DNA of 18,927 bases, from NCBI GenBank assembly GCA_046757525.1, contig JBHHYI010000081.1:1-18927 (forward strand), read 5' to 3'. Source of the DNA: a bacterium (lineage in GTDB: Bacteria; Zhuqueibacterota; Zhuqueibacteria; Oceanimicrobiales; Oceanimicrobiaceae). Of the stretch, positions 17,132 to 18,927 are shown piece after piece (the first letter of the stretch is position 1; each line of letters begins with the position of its first letter). The notes under the pieces are model-generated. The model saw nothing but the letters and a program-made list of their open reading frames with translations. It searched no databases and was not told the DNA's origin. A program made the translations under genes and the position numbers.

Positions 17132-18927
17132 CTAACGAAGCAATAACATTCGTTTGGTTTCAGTGAAACCCTGGGCTTTCAGACGGTAAATGTACAAGCC
17201 ACTTGGCACTTGCAACCCTTTGTCGTTTCTACCATCCCATCTTACTGTGTAGGTGTTGGCCTGGTGGAAGCCATTTATCAGGGTTCTTACCTTTTGACCA
17301 CGAACGTTGTAAATGTCCAAAGTTACCGGACCCGCATTGGCAACTTTGTACACGATTGAAGTTTCCGGATTAAACGGATTCGGGTAATTCTGTGCCAGGA
17401 CAAACCCGTCGGGACTGTTAGCGACTTGATCTTCGATGCCGGTAACAACAAAGAGATTCCCTTCCATCACAAACAGAGCAGGTGCCGTTTGTCCGCCACG
17501 CGTGGAACCGCGGCTGAAGACGATCTCCGGCAAGCCATCCCCATCCATGTCTTTGGCTATATCCAACCCGTAGACGCGAATGCCACCGGGTACCTTCAGC
17601 GCAACGTCGTTTGAGTCCACCACGGTCAACATCTGGTAATTGCCCACATCGGTCACATCGCCAAATGGCCCGCCAATATAACGGAAATCTACCGCCTTGG
17701 TGGCATTGCTCGCTGCAATCACAAAATCGGAACCACCAATACCCAAGCGACCCGTGCTCGCCTCCAACCACTGCTCGCCGGTGTCCGCTATTTGAGTGAT
17801 ATTCGACGTCGTAATGGCGCTGGCATCCCCATTGGTCGCAACCACCCAAACCGCACCTTGCAAATTCGCAAAATACGCCTCATCCCGTCCATCGCTGTTG
17901 GCATCCACCAAATCAATCCCATGAACACTCACCGTCTTGCCTGCCACCGGCATGTCCACGGAATTCACATTGTACGCATCCGGCCCCGTCGCCTCTACCA
18001 CGATCAGCTTGTCGGTGGAACCATCACTGGTCACCACCTCCGGCGTCCCGTCATTGTCCATGTCCCCAATCCCAATCGCTGCGATGTCAGGAGACGTCGT
18101 CCCCAAATCCACCGACAACTCCGTCGTCCACACCGGTAACGAAAAATCGCTCACCGACGCAATCACAAGCGCTGGCAAAGTCGTAAAGGTGGTCATCACC
18201 ACCTCCTGCTTGCCATCCCCATCAAGATCCGCCGCCCTGGCTACGCGCACGATGTCCAAACCCGGTGTGTCCAGATTCCACTCCACCGCTGGTGCTGTGC
18301 CAAAATCATTGTCTGTGCCCGTAAACTCAAAGGCAAACAACACCGATGCGTCGTCGCTGGTGTCGGGAATGTGCACCACAAGAATCTCCTGATTGCCATC
18401 CCCATCTAAATCGCTCACGTCCACCGTCACAAACTGCGAGGCCGGGCCGTCAAACGTAAACGACCAAACCGCCTGGTAGCTGTCATCTCCGCTGTTCTCA
18501 AACACCACCACCGAACGACGAGCCACCCCATCGACAATGTGAAAGATAGGCACGATAAACTCTTGCTTGCCATCCTGATCCACATCCGTGCCCGCTAACA
18601 CATTCTTGATGTGATTGATTGAATCCGGTAGGCTAACCGTGGGACCGGGGGCACCCTGGAATTCTGTAATAAATAGCGCAGGTGCGTTTGGCCCGCCTCT
18701 TGTGGAACCACGAGAGAAGACGACCTCGGGCATTCCATCTCCGTCCATGTCGTTGGCTATGTCCAACCCGTAGACCCGAATCCCACCAGGTACCAGGGCT
18801 GCCACATCACTGGAATCTACGACCGTAGTCATCTCATAGTTGCCCACATCGGTCACATCGCCAAACGGCCCACCAATGTAACGAAAATCTACCGCCTTGG
18901 TCGCATTGCTCGCTGCAATCACAAAAT
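17132..18927 (-). CDS. 5'-truncated secreted FG-GAP/VCBS-repeat beta-propeller protein with FlgD-Ig / T9SS type A sorting domain
   Basis: The frame is open to the window edge. Repeated DxDxDGxxE loops (DVDQDGKQE, DLDGDGNQE, DLDGDGKQE, DMDNDGTPE, DANSDGRDE, DMDGDGLPE). CTD 'LAQNYPNPFNPET..GQKVRTL..WDGRNDKG..SGLYIYRL..KRMLLLR'. Confidence 0.9.
   Translation of the reverse strand, partial: FVIAASNATKAVDFRYIGGPFGDVTDVGNYEMTTVVDSSDVAALVPGGIRVYGLDIANDMDGDGMPEVVFSRGSTRGGPNAPALFITEFQGAPGPTVSLPDSINHIKNVLAGTDVDQDGKQEFIVPIFHIVDGVARRSVVVFENSGDDSYQAVWSFTFDGPASQFVTVDVSDLDGDGNQEILVVHIPDTSDDASVLFAFEFTGTDNDFGTAPAVEWNLDTPGLDIVRVARAADLDGDGKQEVVMTTFTTLPALVIASVSDFSLPVWTTELSVDLGTTSPDIAAIGIGDMDNDGTPEVVTSDGSTDKLIVVEATGPDAYNVNSVDMPVAGKTVSVHGIDLVDANSDGRDEAYFANLQGAVWVVATNGDASAITTSNITQIADTGEQWLEASTGRLGIGGSDFVIAASNATKAVDFRYIGGPFGDVTDVGNYQMLTVVDSNDVALKVPGGIRVYGLDIAKDMDGDGLPEIVFSRGSTRGGQTAPALFVMEGNLFVVTGIEDQVANSPDGFVLAQNYPNPFNPETSIVYKVANAGPVTLDIYNVRGQKVRTLINGFHQANTYTVRWDGRNDKGLQVPSGLYIYRLKAQGFTETKRMLLLR
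17465..17727. repeat. Intragenic direct repeat, matches ~18665-18927 at an offset of exactly 1200 nt
   Basis: For example TGCCCACATCGGTCACATCGCCAAA occurs at 17641 and at 18841. The encoded 86-aa segments are identical at 74 positions (manual count). Confidence 0.95.
18665..18927. repeat. Intragenic direct repeat, second copy (runs off the window end)
   Basis: Gap-free alignment with 17465-17727. Confidence 0.95.

Noticed and set aside
18920..18922. GTG given as the start of the 596-aa ORF
   Set aside because: It is an internal Val ('DFVIAAS' in the other repeat copy). The frame stays open past the window end and no signal peptide follows.
17465..18927. Diversity-generating retroelement TR/VR pair
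   Set aside because: Both copies are in-frame coding, differences are not adenine-specific and are often synonymous, and no reverse transcriptase is visible.

Overview
Bacterial genomic window, most likely from an FCB-group lineage with a type IX secretion system (T9SS) outside the classical Bacteroidota. KSB1/Calditrichota-like is an inference from the gene families and the FlgD-type C-terminal domain. On the + strand there is a 122-bp MITE-like element (14-bp terminal inverted repeats, 4-bp flanking duplication), rlmB, and a DUF47 + PiT phosphate transporter pair with its own sigma70-like promoter. The - strand carries a convergent ~15.5-kb cell-envelope cluster. In transcription order: a 5'-truncated secreted FG-GAP beta-propeller protein with a 400-aa internal duplication and a classical T9SS CTD; two translationally coupled paralogous ~1000-aa Asp-rich proteins with a variant T9SS-like CTD; a TonB-dependent receptor; a PorV/PorQ-family barrel; a lipoprotein with two degenerate parvulin domains; and a sodium:solute symporter. 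The most interesting feature is this apparent SusD-free uptake locus, in which T9SS cargo displayed on a dedicated PorV paralog may replace the SusD lid. Its substrate is unknown. Family assignments come from motif recognition only; no database searches were run.
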